DNA of 64,000 nt from Laetmonice hystrix (taxonomy: Eukaryota), in NCBI GenBank assembly GCA_965235115.1, contig OZ249436.1, positions 2,110,001 to 2,174,000 of the forward strand, written 5' to 3'. Of this stretch, positions 1-12,541 are shown piece after piece. The notes below the pieces were generated by a model that worked only from the letters and a program-made list of their open reading frames with translations, did no database searches and was not told the DNA's origin. The translations under genes and the position numbers were made by a program. How positions within the stretch are numbered: the first letter of the stretch is position 1; every line of letters starts with the position of its first letter.

Positions 1-1198
1 GATGTTACCATTGACGACAAGACCTGCCTTGGCTCGGGATGTTACCATTGACAAGACATGCCTTGGGTCGGGATGTTACCATTGACGACAAGACATGCCT
101 TGGCTCGGGATGTTACCATTGAGAAGACATGCCTTGGCTCGGGATGTTACCATTGACAAGACATGCCTTGGCTCGGGATGTTACCATTGACGACAAGACA
201 TGCCTTGTGATCGGGATGTTACCATTGACAAGACATGCTTTGGCTCGGGATGTTACCATTGACAAGACATGTCATGGCTCGGGATGTTACCATTGACAAG
301 ACATGCCTTGGCTCGGGATGTTACCATTGACGACAAGACATGCCTTGTGCTCGGGATGTTACCATTGACAAGACATGCTTTGGCTCGGGATGTTACCATT
401 GACAAGACATGCCATGGCTCGGGATGTTACCATTGACAAGACATGCCATGGCTCGGGATGTTACCATTGACAACAAGACATGCCTTGGGTCGGGATGTTA
501 CTATTGACAAGACATGCCATGGCTTGAGATGTTACCATTGACGACAAGACATGCCATGGCTCGGGATGTTACCATTGACGACAAGACATGCCATGGCTCG
601 GGATGTTACCATTGACGACAAGACATGCCTTGGGCTCGGGATGTTACCATTGACGACAAGACATGCCTTGGCTCGGGATGTTACCATTGACGACAAGACA
701 TGCCTTGGCTCGGGATGTTACCATTGACGACAAGACATGCCTTGTGCTCGGGATGTTACCATTGACGACAAGACATGCCTTGTGCTCGGGATGTTACCAT
801 TGACGACAAGACATGCCTTGGCTCGGGATGTTACCATTGACGACAAGACATGCCTTGGCTCGGGATGTTACCATTGACGACAAGACATGCCTTGGCTCGG
901 GATGTTACCATTGACGACAAGACATGCCTTGTGCTCGGGATGTTACCATTGACAAGACATGCCTTGGCTCGGGATGTTACCATTGACAACAAGACATGCC
1001 ATGGGCTCGGGATGTTACCATTGACAACAAGACATGCCTTGGGTCGGGATGTTACCATTGACAACAAGACATGCCTTGGGTCGGGATGTTACCATTGACA
1101 AGACATGCCATGGCTCGGGATGTAACCATTGACAACAAGACATGCCTTGGGTCGGGATGTTACCATTGACAAGACATGCCTTGGCTTGGGATGTTACC
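1..1198. repeat. 35/38-bp minisatellite, ~33 copies, runs off the window start
   Basis: Unit gatgttaccattgac(gac)aagacatgccttggctcgg. Confidence 0.97.
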
Positions 1199-3199
1199 AA
1201 AGAACATCTTCGTGTTCTGACCAACTACATGCATTTTTAAACTTTCATTTGGATAGCCTTGCGGCTGTTAATGTAAAAAAAATAATTAGCTCTAATTAGT
1301 TTAGAAGAAGAGTTAGTTGCTGGTAGGTTAAACACAAGTAGGGATCGGGCAAGTTTAGTCCGGGTCTCGTCCAGTTTTAAATGTTCGGTAGCCATGGCCA
1401 CATACACGACCAGAATGGATTCGTTACCATAAATAGATGTGCCTCCATGCACCCACCAATCACGCCTTCCTTCGTACAGACACGAAAGGTCATTTATATC
1501 ACTGACGTAGACAAGTCTGGAGGAAATGGTATTCTGTGATCAAATCTGCCCAAAGAAATTCCACAGGTTTAATATTTCACTTTCTTGATTAAACACGCTC
1601 AGAGACAAAGGTTCAGTCAAATGATGCTGGGAAATGAATATGTTTTTGTACCTCTCAATAAAGGTAGAGAGTATGCAAACGTCAGACGGTTGGCCTCAGT
1701 TGGCATGTAGCAGCAATGTCAGTTAGATGTTTGTAATGGTTTCACGAATTAGTCATTGTTGAGATTGTCCTGCAGTTGGGCGTGTTTGCCATGGAAACAC
1801 AGCGTTAGTCGTCGAATTCAAAGGTTTAGTTTTTAGTTATTATCTCTCCGGACGACTATAGGCTTTGATGACGCCATGGTTGTCACGTGACCTGTAGCCG
1901 GGACCAGGTGAATGCGACATGATATTTTCATTACTGTTAATAGATTTTTTGGTTGTTTTCGAAGTTGATAACAATGTATTCAACTGACTGTCAAATCCTC
2001 TGTATGGAACGATTTAAAGACTTTTGTTATGGCTTCACAGCTCGGTTTTTTCTGCTTTTACTGTTGATAGATTTAACATAATTTTTAAAGTTGATTAAAG
2101 TGAGTTCGCTAGACATTCATAATGTGCCTGGAACGACTCACAATCGACGTTTGATCTGCATTCACCAGTTTTTTTGCCCGACATGACCGATGACTGTTAG
2201 AGAAATGTTTGAGAGTTTTCTTTCTACCCTGCGTAGCCTTTATATCGTTATCTTTGCGCAGTTTGTTTTTAAACAAAGGTAGTTTAAATATCAGTAATAT
2301 AGTTAGGTTCTGTCACGTTTTGGTGAATTTCATAGAATAGATTGAACAAATGCCGCAAATAGTTTTAATAAATGTCACAAATTTCTGTGATGGTTTCCTG
2401 TCGACCTCCTAAACGTTTTCTGGCTTTATTTTTTCAACCACCCCCTGGGCTACCTGCAAGACTTTCTTAACCCTACCCCGCAAGGTGAATTCTTGCAGGA
2501 AACCGTGTATGATGCAATGTTTTGTATGTCTGTCTAGACGTGAACCCCGTGAAGTGAGACCGTGTATGATGCAATGTTTTGTATGTCCGTCTAGACGTGA
2601 ACCTCGTGAAGTGAGACCGTTTAGTGACTTGAGTTGTAAATCAGTGTAAGCGACCGATCAGATCGTTGGTGACGCCGAGATACGCAAAGCGGCCGTTTGA
2701 CTGTCAACTGAAGATTACTGTATGTAGACGGAACGACACCGGCCTCCTCGGCCGCCCTAAGTGGCAAGCTCAGGTAAATGGAGGCGGACTGTCCGACCAG
2801 GATGTGCCGCTAATCGGGGCTCGGCATCCTAATGCCTACAAATGGCCGTAGAGACAGGCCGGCCGGGGTGGGGGCCGGGGCCGGGGCCGGGGTGGTGGCC
2901 TGGGCCGGGGCCGGGAGGGCGTGGACGGCCAGCGGCCGGGGTGGGGGCAGGGACGGGGTATGGCTGGCCGGGGGTTCCCGGTCGCCTGCACTGACCGATG
3001 TCTTAACGGACAACTGACGTTGACTGACAACCCAAGAAAGCTGCCCTTTCTTGGGACAAACTATAGACGTATAAACTATATAAACTCCATCGACCATATG
3101 AAAGTATCTAATTGTTTAATTGGATATCAATCTGCTTACTACGGAAGCCCCTAAGTACAATTATAACCATAACCATTATAACCATAAATTATATCACTG

Positions 3200-3520
3200 A
3201 CACTATATGAGTGGTTAGGGAATGAGTAAGTGATTTTTTAGAGGAGAGAGGACTTGATCTCCACTGTGTACGGGCATCAGGCGTAACCCAGTTCATTTTC
3301 AGAACCCCGGCCCTAGGATTACTGCACCCATTCGCATAGCATAGTGGTTTTCTTTTTAAATGCACGGGCATGAGGCGTAACCCAGTTACTTTGAGAATGT
3401 CCGGAAAGAGAAAAGTTGTAGTCCTCTACTGGAATTGAACCCCGGCCCCAAGATTACTACACCCATTCGCATAGCATAAGGTGTCGACACCCATGCCCAC
3501 TCGGCCACCGCCACTTCCCT
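3200..3520 (-). mobile_element. tRNA-derived SINE of a second family, with internal partial duplication
   Basis: The minus strand reads gggaagtggcggtggccgagtgg (A box) ... ggggttcaattcc (B box). The same head recurs at 14860-14950. Confidence 0.65.
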
Positions 3521-3855
3521 ATAAAAGTAAGCTTTGGTGGTCGAGCAGGACAGTGGACCCTTCCCCTACACACATCTTCCGAGATGAGACGGAATCCATG
3601 CTTTCCTAGATAGAGCTACACATGATTTCTACGGAACTTTCCAATGAGTGAATGAGTGAGTTTTACACATTCCACTGTTGAATGAGTGAGTTTTACGCTC
3701 CGTCAGCAGTATCCACTGGTAGAGAAAACAAGCGGAGAAACTTTTTATTAAAGATCTCTCTCAGACTCAGAGGACACCTAGAATCCCATCGGTTTATTTT
3801 TTAGGTGAAGCAACATTCCGGTGTTTTTCTCTCACCTGATTCGGGCCGGGTTGAT

Positions 3856-4234
3856 ACAGTCCTACCACCAACACGTGTTAGTTACAGTCCTACCACCAAC
3901 ACGTGTTAGTTACAGTCCTACCACCAACACGTGTTAGTTACAGTCCTACCACCAACACGTGTTAGTTACAGTCCTACCACCAACACGTGTTAGTTACAGT
4001 CCTACCACCAACACGTGTTAGTTACAGTCCTACCACCAACACGTGTTAGTTACAGTCCTACCACCAACACGTGTTAGTTACAGACCTACCACCAACACGT
4101 GTTAGTTACAGTCCTACCACCAACACGTGTTAGTTACAGACCTGCCAACAACACGTGTTAGTTACAGCCCTACCACCAACACGTGATAGTTACAGTCCTA
4201 CCACCAACACGTGTTAGTTACAGTCCTACCACGT
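3856..4234. repeat. 28-bp minisatellite, ~13 copies
   Basis: Unit tacagtcctaccaccaacacgtgttagt. Confidence 0.97.
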
Positions 4235-4498
4235 GTTGGGCCGCAGCTGCTTTACGGTCCTCTTTATATGGTAGATTTCCCGAGGGAATCGGGGAAAATA
4301 ATAAGTGGAACAAATTTAAACAATTTATAAAATATAAAAAAAGGCTGGATCCCAAACATACGAGATTTTGCTTGTGAGACCATGTGTGTGGGTGAAGGAA
4401 AAAATCCTTTTGATGATGGCACTGAGTCAGCAGAACTGCAGTCCCTGTAGGAGCACGGACTTGAATAGTACTCTGAGAATAACGCGAGCGTTTGACGC

Positions 4499-5003
4499 AC
4501 TATTTGATAACGTCTACTATATACAACTCTCTCCTTGCCCCTCCAGAAGGAGATTGTATTATCTCGAGTGTCAGATCCAGGGATATTGGTGTATAGATAG
4601 ACTATTTGATAACGTCTACTATATACAACTCTCTCCTTGCCCCTCCAGAAGGAGATTGTATTATCTCGAGTGTCAGATCCAGGGATATTGGTGTATAGAT
4701 AGACTATTTGATAACGTCTACTATATACAACTCTCTCCTTGCCCCTCCAGAAGGAGATTGTATTATCTCGAGTGTCAGATCCAGGGATATTGGTGTATAG
4801 ATCGACTATTTGATAACGTCTACTATATACAACTCTCTCCTTGCCCCTCCAGAAGGAGATTGTATTATCTCGAGTGTCAGATCCAGGGATATTGGTGTAT
4901 AGATCGACTATTTGATAACGTCTACTATATACAACTCTCTCCTTGCCCCTCCAGAAGGAGATTGTATTATCTCGAGTGTCCGGTCCAGGGATATTGCTGT
5001 ATA
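4499..5003. repeat. 102-bp tandem repeat, ~5 copies
   Basis: actatttgataacgtctac recurs every 102 bp. Confidence 0.97.
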
Positions 5004-5539
5004 GATTGTGGGATATGTTATTTCAGATAGTATTTATCCTATTTCACGGCGCCCATGGCAGCCAACCATACTAATCCGGGTTTCAAATGCTCTATTCTCT
5101 ACCTGAAGGGCACAAGGAAGCAGCTATCAGATAGAGGACCTGAGGATGATTGGAGCAAGCGTCGTCTGTCTGGACCGATGTATTCTCACACCGTCACACC
5201 ATAGCATAATATCAGCACTGCTGGTTTACCAGTGATAATACTGCTGGAGGAATCAATAGCTATCTAGGTCAACCATGGTTTCATCAAGGGACTCTACAGC
5301 CTCCAGTGACGGATTGGGTGGGGGAAACCAATGAGCTACCCCACCCCGTTTTGCATACTCCCTCCCCACTCCCGCGTCCCCATGTCCAATAACTAGGCTA
5401 GGGTTAGTAGGGTAAAGTGGTGGTGGGATTATAGTGGTGAGATGGTTGGGGTTTTAGTGTTGTGGCCAAGGTCACTCAGTGTCTGTAGTCTGGGAAGCAC
5501 AGCTGAGCGGCGATAAGCGACCAGCACAGTCTCGGTGGT

Positions 5540-6330
5540 GCACGGGCGAGCTGTGGCTGGCTATTGGTGGGTGTGTCCGTACACGGCCGGGCTGTGGCTG
5601 GCTGTCGGTGGGTGTGTGCGGGTGAGGTCTATGGTACACGGCCGGGCTGTGCCTGGTGTGTGCGGGTGAGGTCCGTACACGGCCGAGCTGTGGCTGGCTG
5701 TCGGTGTGTGCGTCCGTACACGGCCGGGCTGTGGCTGGCTGTTGGTGGGGGTGTTCGTACACGGCCGGGCTGTGCCTGGCTGTCGGTGGGTGTTTACGGG
5801 TGAGGTCTGTGCCTGGCTGTCGGTGGGTGTGTGAGGGTGAGGTCTGTGCCTGGCTGTCGGTGTGTGCGTCCGTACACGGCCGGGCTGTGGCTGGCTGTCG
5901 GTGTGTGCGTCCGTACACGGCCGGGCTGTGGCTGGCTGTCGGTGTGTGCGTCCGTACACGGCCGGGCTGTGGCTGGCTGTCGGTGTGTGCATCCGTACAC
6001 GGCCGGGCTGTGGCTGGCTGTCGGTGTGTGCGTCCGTACACGGCCGGGCTGTGGCTGGCTGTCGGTGTGTGCGTCCGTACACGGCCGGGCTGTGGCTGGC
6101 TGTCGGTGGGTGTGTGCGTATAGGGCCGGGCTGTGCCTGGCTGTCGGTGGGTGTGTGCCAGTGAGGTCCGTACACGGCCGGGCTGCGGCTGGCTGTCGGT
6201 GTGTGTGTGCCGGTGAGGTCTGTCCCAGGCTGTCGGTGGGTGTGTGCGGGTGAGGTCCGTGGTACACGGCCGGGCTGTGCCTGGTGTGTGCGGGTGAGGT
6301 CTGTGCCTAGCTGTCGGTGGGTGTGTGAGG
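5540..6330. repeat. ~41-bp GT/GC-rich minisatellite with variant units
   Basis: Unit gtccgtacacggccgggctgtggctggctgtcggtgtgtgc. Confidence 0.95.
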
Positions 6331-6953
6331 AGCTACCGTCGCCGTACATATTTTATGTAGACTGCCTGGTGCTGGAGGGCAGTGACCGTGGATGGCTGTT
6401 GTTGGTCTGGCTGTCCGCCCGCCCAGCCAGGAGGTGGTGAGACAGGGGAATGAAGTCTACAAGTAAACGAGATCGTGAACCATTTTCTCCGATAATTCTC
6501 CCGGACACTATCAGTAATAGAGAGGTTTGGCCACACGTTTTACGTTTGTACGTGAGGAAAGGTCACGACCTGACCACCCGTACAGATTCCGTCAGACAGT
6601 TGTTTTGATATGAGTCCCTTTGACGCTCTAGGTACACAGGTACATTGGTACAGCTTAGTTAGAACAGAGCTGGTCAGCAGGCAAAATGTGCTCAGTTTGA
6701 TTCCATTTATCACATATATCCAACATATCCAACCAATGTTTATATATCGGGTGTCCCAGAAAAAGTGAACCGCTTTTTGACAAGTATTTTCTCAGTGATA
6801 GATAAACCGAATTCATTGAAAATTTGCACACAGTAACCTTAGGGTATAATCAACAAGTCTGCAAAATATCTAAAAGATCTGACATAACTTATGCGAGTAT
6901 TGTCAAATTCAAAACAGCATGTCAAAAAATCCAATATCAAAGGAAAACCCTTA

Positions 6954-9900
6954 TTATCCCATCCCCTATCCAGGGGATGGGATCTAGAAATTGTCTGGTT
7001 TCGGTTTCTGTATTATTATTATTATTTGCGGAGTAGTAGTAGTAAACAAGGGGTCGTATATCTCGGCCGTTTTTCAAGATATCTAAGTCAAACTTGGTGG
7101 ACATGTTGATAGTCACCAACTTTGATCTGACAATGAGTCATGACGTCACACGACCTAACGTCATGACGTCATGACGTCATTCGTGTTCTGAATATTAGGA
7201 CGGTTTTCAAGGTCAGTATTGATACTTTTGAGGAACTGATGACACAGTCTAAATTGGGCAAGGACCTAATTGATTTTTTTCAAAAATTTTGACCTTTGAC
7301 CTTTGACATGTCTAAAAGCTAGGTCGAAGGTCAGAAAATGCTTAAATCCTATCTTCTTCCTCAATTTTCATTAAAATTTCATGACATTGCACAGGGATGG
7401 TCTCTAACGAGAGCTTCAAAGGAATCCGCTTTGCTACAATTGATTTGACCTATATTCGTTGAGTCACGTGACCTGAAAGACTTGAACAGAGGTCAATATA
7501 GATATATATGGCTATAACTAAGAAACGGTGCCAGATAGGGCCATAGTTACTATTGAACACGAATAGGAAGTCATGTATGCTCTTTCAATTGACGCCAAGT
7601 TTGATGACGTAGCATGAAGTATGACGTCATAATGACGTCATCTATATTTTCTAAGGCCTAGATCTCCTCAACGGTGGGAGATAAAGCCATGGTTACTATT
7701 GAACACGAATAGGAAGTCGTGCATGCTCTTTCAAATGACACCAAGTTTGATGACGTAGCGTGACGTATAACGTCATAATGAAGTCATCAATATTTTCTAA
7801 GGCCTAGAACTCTTCAACGGTGGGAGATAAAGCCATGGTTACTATTGAACACGAATAGGAAGTCATATATGTTCTTTCAATTGACACCAACATTTATTAG
7901 ATAGCGTGACGTATGACGTCATTATGACGTCATCAATATTTCCTAAGGCCTAGAACTCCTCAACGGTGTGAGATAAAGCCATGGTTACTATTGAACACAA
8001 ATAGGAAGTCATATATGTTCTTTCAATTGACACCAAGTTTGATGACGTAGCGTGACGTATGACGTCATAATGACTTCATCAATATTTCCTAAGGCCTAGA
8101 ACTCCTCAACGGTGGGAGATAAAGCCATGGTTACTATTGAACACGAATAGGAATTCGTGCATGCTCTTTCAATTGACACCAAGTTTGATGACGTAGCGTG
8201 AGGTATGACGTGATAATGACGTCATCAATATTTTCTAAGGCCTAGAACTCCTCAACGGTGGGAGATAAAGCCATGGTTACTGTTGAACATGAATAGGAAG
8301 TCGTGCATGCTCTTTCAATTGACGCCAAGTTTGATGACGTAGGATGACGTATGACGTAATGACGTCATCAATATTTTCTAAGGCCTGTAACTCCTAAACG
8401 GTGGGAGATAAAGCCTTGGTTACTATCGAACATGAATAGGAAGTCATACATGCTCTTTCAATTGACACCAACATTTATTAGGTAGCGTGACGTATGACGT
8501 TATAATGACGTCATTGGTATCTTCTATGGCCTATAACTCGAAACGGTGCAGCATAGGACCATAGTTACTATTGAACACGAATAGGAAGTCATATGTGCTC
8601 TTTCAATTGAGACCAAGTTTGATGACGTAGCGTGACGTATGACGTCATAATGACGTCATCAATATTTTCTAAGGCCTATAACTTGTAAGTGGTGGGAGAT
8701 AAAGCCATGGTTACTACTGAACATGACTAGGAAGTCATAGATCCTCTTTTAAATGACATCAAGATTCCTGACGTAGCATGACGTATGTCATAATGATGTC
8801 ATCAATATTTTCTAAGGTTTATGTCTCCTAAACGGTGGGAGATAAAGCCATGGTTACTATTGAAAATGCATAGAAAGTCATGCTCTTTCAAATGACACCA
8901 ACATTTATTAGGTAGCGTGACATATGACGTCATTATGACGTCATTGGTATCTTCTATGGCCTATAACTCATAAACGGTGCCATATAGGCCCATAGTTACT
9001 ATTGAACACGAATAGGAAGTCATACATGCTCTTTCAATTGACACCAACATTTATTAGGTAGCGTGACGTATGACGTCATTATGACGTCATTGGTATCTTC
9101 TATGGCCTATAACTCATAAACGGCGCCATATAGGCCCATAGTTACTATTGAACACGAATAGGAAGTCATATATGCTCTTTCCATTGTGGCCAGTTTGATG
9201 ACATAGCGTGAAGTATGACGTCATAATGATGTCATCAATATGTTCTAAGGCCTCTAACTCGGAAATGGAGGGCGATAAAGCCATGGTTACTACTGAACAT
9301 GAATAGAAAGTCATAGATCCTCTTTTAAATGACATCACGATTCATGACGTAGCATGACGTGTAATGACGTCATCAATATATTCTAAGGCTTATGACTCCT
9401 AAACGGTGGGCGATAAAGCCATGGTTACTATCGAACATGAATAGGAAGTCATATGCTCTTTGAATTGACACCAACATTTATTAGGTAGCGTGACGTATGA
9501 CGTTATAATGATGTCTTTGGTATCTTCTATGGCCTATAACTCGAGAACGGTGCAAGATATGCCCATATTTACTACTGAAGACGAATAGGAAGTCATATAT
9601 GCTCTTTCAATTGACACCAAGATTAATGATGTAGCATCACATATGACGTCATAATGACATCATCAATATTTTCTAAGGAATATAACTCCTAAACGGTGGC
9701 AGATAAAGCCATGATTACTATTGAACATGAATAGGAAGTCATATGCTCTTTGAATTGACACCAACATTTATTAGGTAGCGTGACGTATGACGTCGTAATT
9801 ACGTCATTGCCATCTTCTAAGGATTTTCAGAGGCCTGTAACTACCAAACGGTGCTAGATAGCCCCATAGTTACTATTGAACATGAATAGTAATAGTCATA

Positions 9901-10046
9901 GATCATAATGACGAAATTTGCATCTTCTAAGGCTGATCATCACGGGTGCAAGATAGCACCATACCTAGTTATCCCTACTCAGAACATGTTGGACGGGACA
10001 CCCCGGGGATGGGATCCATTGTGGTATCGCCACAACGAATCTAGTT
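6954..10046 (+). mobile_element. non-autonomous Helentron (HINE/DINE-1/pearl-like) carrying a satellite array
   Basis: 5' subTIR atcccatcccc (6956-6966) with adjacent inverted copy (6973-6983). (TAT)n and (AGT)n microsatellites, internal array, 3' subTIR ggggatgggat (10005-10015), hairpin ttgtgg-tatcg-ccacaa, end ctag-tt. Inserted in a TT site of the host TIR. Confidence 0.8.
7510..9900. repeat. ~146-bp satellite, ~16 copies, inside the Helentron-like element; rich in TGACGTCA/TGACGTA
   Basis: gaataggaagtc recurs at 7561, 7707, 7853 and onward (period 146). Confidence 0.92.
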
Positions 10047-10251
10047 TCAGTTTATGCTCAATGTGGCCTCCATCTTCCTTCACGACTAAATGAAGCCGTT
10101 CCTTCCAAACAGGAATGCTTTTACGTATTTCTTCCACCGATATCTTCTCCTATGACATAATTATCCTGTCCTTTAACGCTGCCGGGGTCAATTTGTCTCT
10201 CAGTGCCCGGTAAACTTTCTCCTTCAGACAGTTCCATATAGCATAATCCAT
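10045..10251 (-). pseudogene. C-terminal fragment of a Tc1/mariner (maT/DD37D-like) transposase
   Basis: Manual translation gives MDYAIWNCLKEKVYRALRDKLTPAALKDRIIMS*EKISVEEIRKSIPVWKERLHLVVKEDGGHIEHKLK. It has the DYxIWxxLKxKVY and GGHIE motifs and one in-frame stop where W is expected. Confidence 0.85.
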
Positions 10252-10919
10252 GAACATGATGGTGATGGTCAGATTGCACAGTTTTGATATCGAATTTTTT
10301 TACATGTTGTTTTGAATTTGACAATATTCGCATAATTTCCGTCCGATCTTTTAGATATTTTGCAGACTTGTTGATGCTTCCCTAAAGTTATTGTGTGAAA
10401 AATTTAAATGAAATCGGTTTATCTGTTTGCAAGAAACGGCTTCCTTTAATCGTGAAGGAAGATGGAGGCCACATTGAGCATAAACTGAAATAAGGGTTTT
10501 CCTTTGATATTGGATTTTTTAACATGCTGTTTTGAATTTGACAATACTCGCATAAGTTCTGTCAGATCTTTTAGATATTTTGCAGACTTGTTGATGATAC
10601 CCTAAGGTTACTGTGTGAAAATTTTCAATGAATTCGGTTGATCTATCACTGAGAAAATACTTGTCAAAAAGCGGTTCACTTTTTCTGGGACACCCGATAT
10701 AACAAACACCTGAACTCAGCGTATGTTTTGATGGTACAACGTCTTAAGGTTACTCTACATTTTGATGTTATATTTTTAAATAATATTTTTGGTACACGTT
10801 TCCATGTACTGGTAAACTCGCCTCCACACGTCCCATGCATGTGGTCTGTACGGGTACGTTTACAGATGAGTGCACATTTCGGTCAGTTATATCACCCGTC
10901 AGTCTACCCGTACCCGTTC

Positions 10920-11860
10920 GGACCTGCGAAACCTCGCTAATATCAAACGGTACATAAAACCGGACAGAAGATGAGGACCTGCGAAACCTCGCTAATATCA
11001 AACGGTACATAAAACCGGACAGAAGATGAGGACCTGCGAAACCTCGCTAATATCAAGGGGTTCATAACACTGGGCAGAAGATTCGGACCTGCGAAACCTC
11101 GCTAATATCAAACGGTACATAAAACCGGACAGAAGATGAGGACCTGCGAAACCTGGCTAATATCAAGCGGTACATAAAACCGGACAGAAGATTCGGACCT
11201 GCGAAACCTCGCTAATGTCAAGCGGTACATAAAAGTGGACAGAAGATGAGGACCTGCGAAACCTCGCTAATATCAAGCGGTACATAAAACCGGACAGAAG
11301 ATGAGGACCTGCGGAACCTGGCTAATATCAAGCGGTACATAAAAGTGGACAGAAGATGAGGACCTGCGAAACCTCGCTAATATCAAGCGGTACATAAAAC
11401 CGGACAGAAGATGCGGACCTGCGAAACCTGGCTAATATCAAACGGTACATAAAACCGGACAGAAGATGAGGACCTGCGAAACCTCGCTAATATCAAGCGG
11501 TACATAAAAGTGGACAGACGATGAGGATGAGGACCTGCGAAACCTCGCTAATATCAAGCGGTACATAAAAGTGGACAGACGATGAGGATGAGGACCTGCG
11601 AAACCTCGCTAATATCAAGCGGTACATAAAAGTGGACAGAAGATGAGGACCTGCGAAACCTCGCTAATATCAAGCGGTACATAAAACCGGACAGAAGATG
11701 AGGACCTGCGGAACCTGGCTAATATCAAGCGGTACATAAAAGTGGACAGACGATGAGGATGAGGACCTGCGAAACCTCGCTAATATCAAGCGAGACATAA
11801 AACCGGACAGAAGATGAGGACCTGCGAAACCTCGCTAATATCAAACGGTACATAAAACAG
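10920..11860. repeat. 55-bp minisatellite, ~17 copies
   Basis: Unit ggacctgcgaaacctcgctaatatcaa(a/g)cggtacataaaaccggacagaagatga. Confidence 0.97.
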
Positions 11861-12271
11861 GAGAGACTTCCCCAAAGATTGAACCCTGCGTGTAGTGGGG
11901 TGCGATGGTGGGTGGGATAACGCTTGTACCGATTTGTTTGAACGATGTCAGTATTGATAGACAGAGTGATAAGTGGTGTTGGCAGTAATAGAATAGGTTG
12001 TGTGTTGAGTATGGTTGTGGTGGTAATAATCAGTGAGACTCGGGAGGCGGTATGTCTACGATAGGTTGAGGTGCTGTCGGAGGGTTCTGACGACAGCTAG
12101 AGACGGCCACCGTATGCCCAGCCAAGGTGGTACGGTTTACAGAATGAGTCGACGATCTACATAATTCATACACTCACATCCTAGAGCTAGGTTTTCCGGG
12201 ATGTGCCATCGCTGTCAAACGCGGTTTGTGAACGGCAAACTGTCCACTGTCCCGTCCTCCGTCATTCGTCG

Positions 12272-12541
12272 GGGTGGCCTCGGGTGGCCGAGTGGTCTAA
12301 GGTGTCGGCTCCATCATGACACCTAGGACCATCGCCTCACACCGCTGCGACCCGGGTTCGATTCCCGGCCTGGGCTGCATGTGTGAAAGGTTTGTCAGTC
12401 AGTTCCTTCCCGAAGGTCGGTGGTTTCCTCCGGGTACTCCGGTTTCCTCCACCAAGAAAAACTGACTTTCATGTCATCTTCACCGCCGTGATATGACCCT
12501 GGCTGTTGCAAGGCGTAAAACCCCAAATACCCACCCACCCA
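12272..12541 (+). mobile_element. full-length tRNA-derived SINE with V-SINE-like core
   Basis: A box tggccgagtgg, B box ggttcgattcc, core ggtttcctccgggtactccggtttcctcc, (ccca)n tail. 13-bp TSD ccgtcattcgtcg at 12259-12271 and 12542-12554. Confidence 0.9.

Larger units (their letters stand above)
6745..10699 (-). mobile_element. Tc1/mariner-superfamily deletion derivative with long TIRs, interrupted by a Helentron-like element
   Basis: Termini TA|tatcgggtgtcccagaaaaagtgaaccgc ... gcggttcactttttctgggacacccgata|TA. TIR >200 bp, TA target duplication, transposase remnant inside. Confidence 0.9.

Noticed and set aside
4368..5030. 220-aa ORF with 34-aa Cys/Tyr-rich repeats
   Set aside because: It coincides with a 102-bp DNA repeat showing almost no variation and has no recognisable domain.
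12272..12375. tRNA gene
   Set aside because: A and B boxes are present, but no complete cloverleaf is evident. It continues into a SINE core and tail and is flanked by a TSD.
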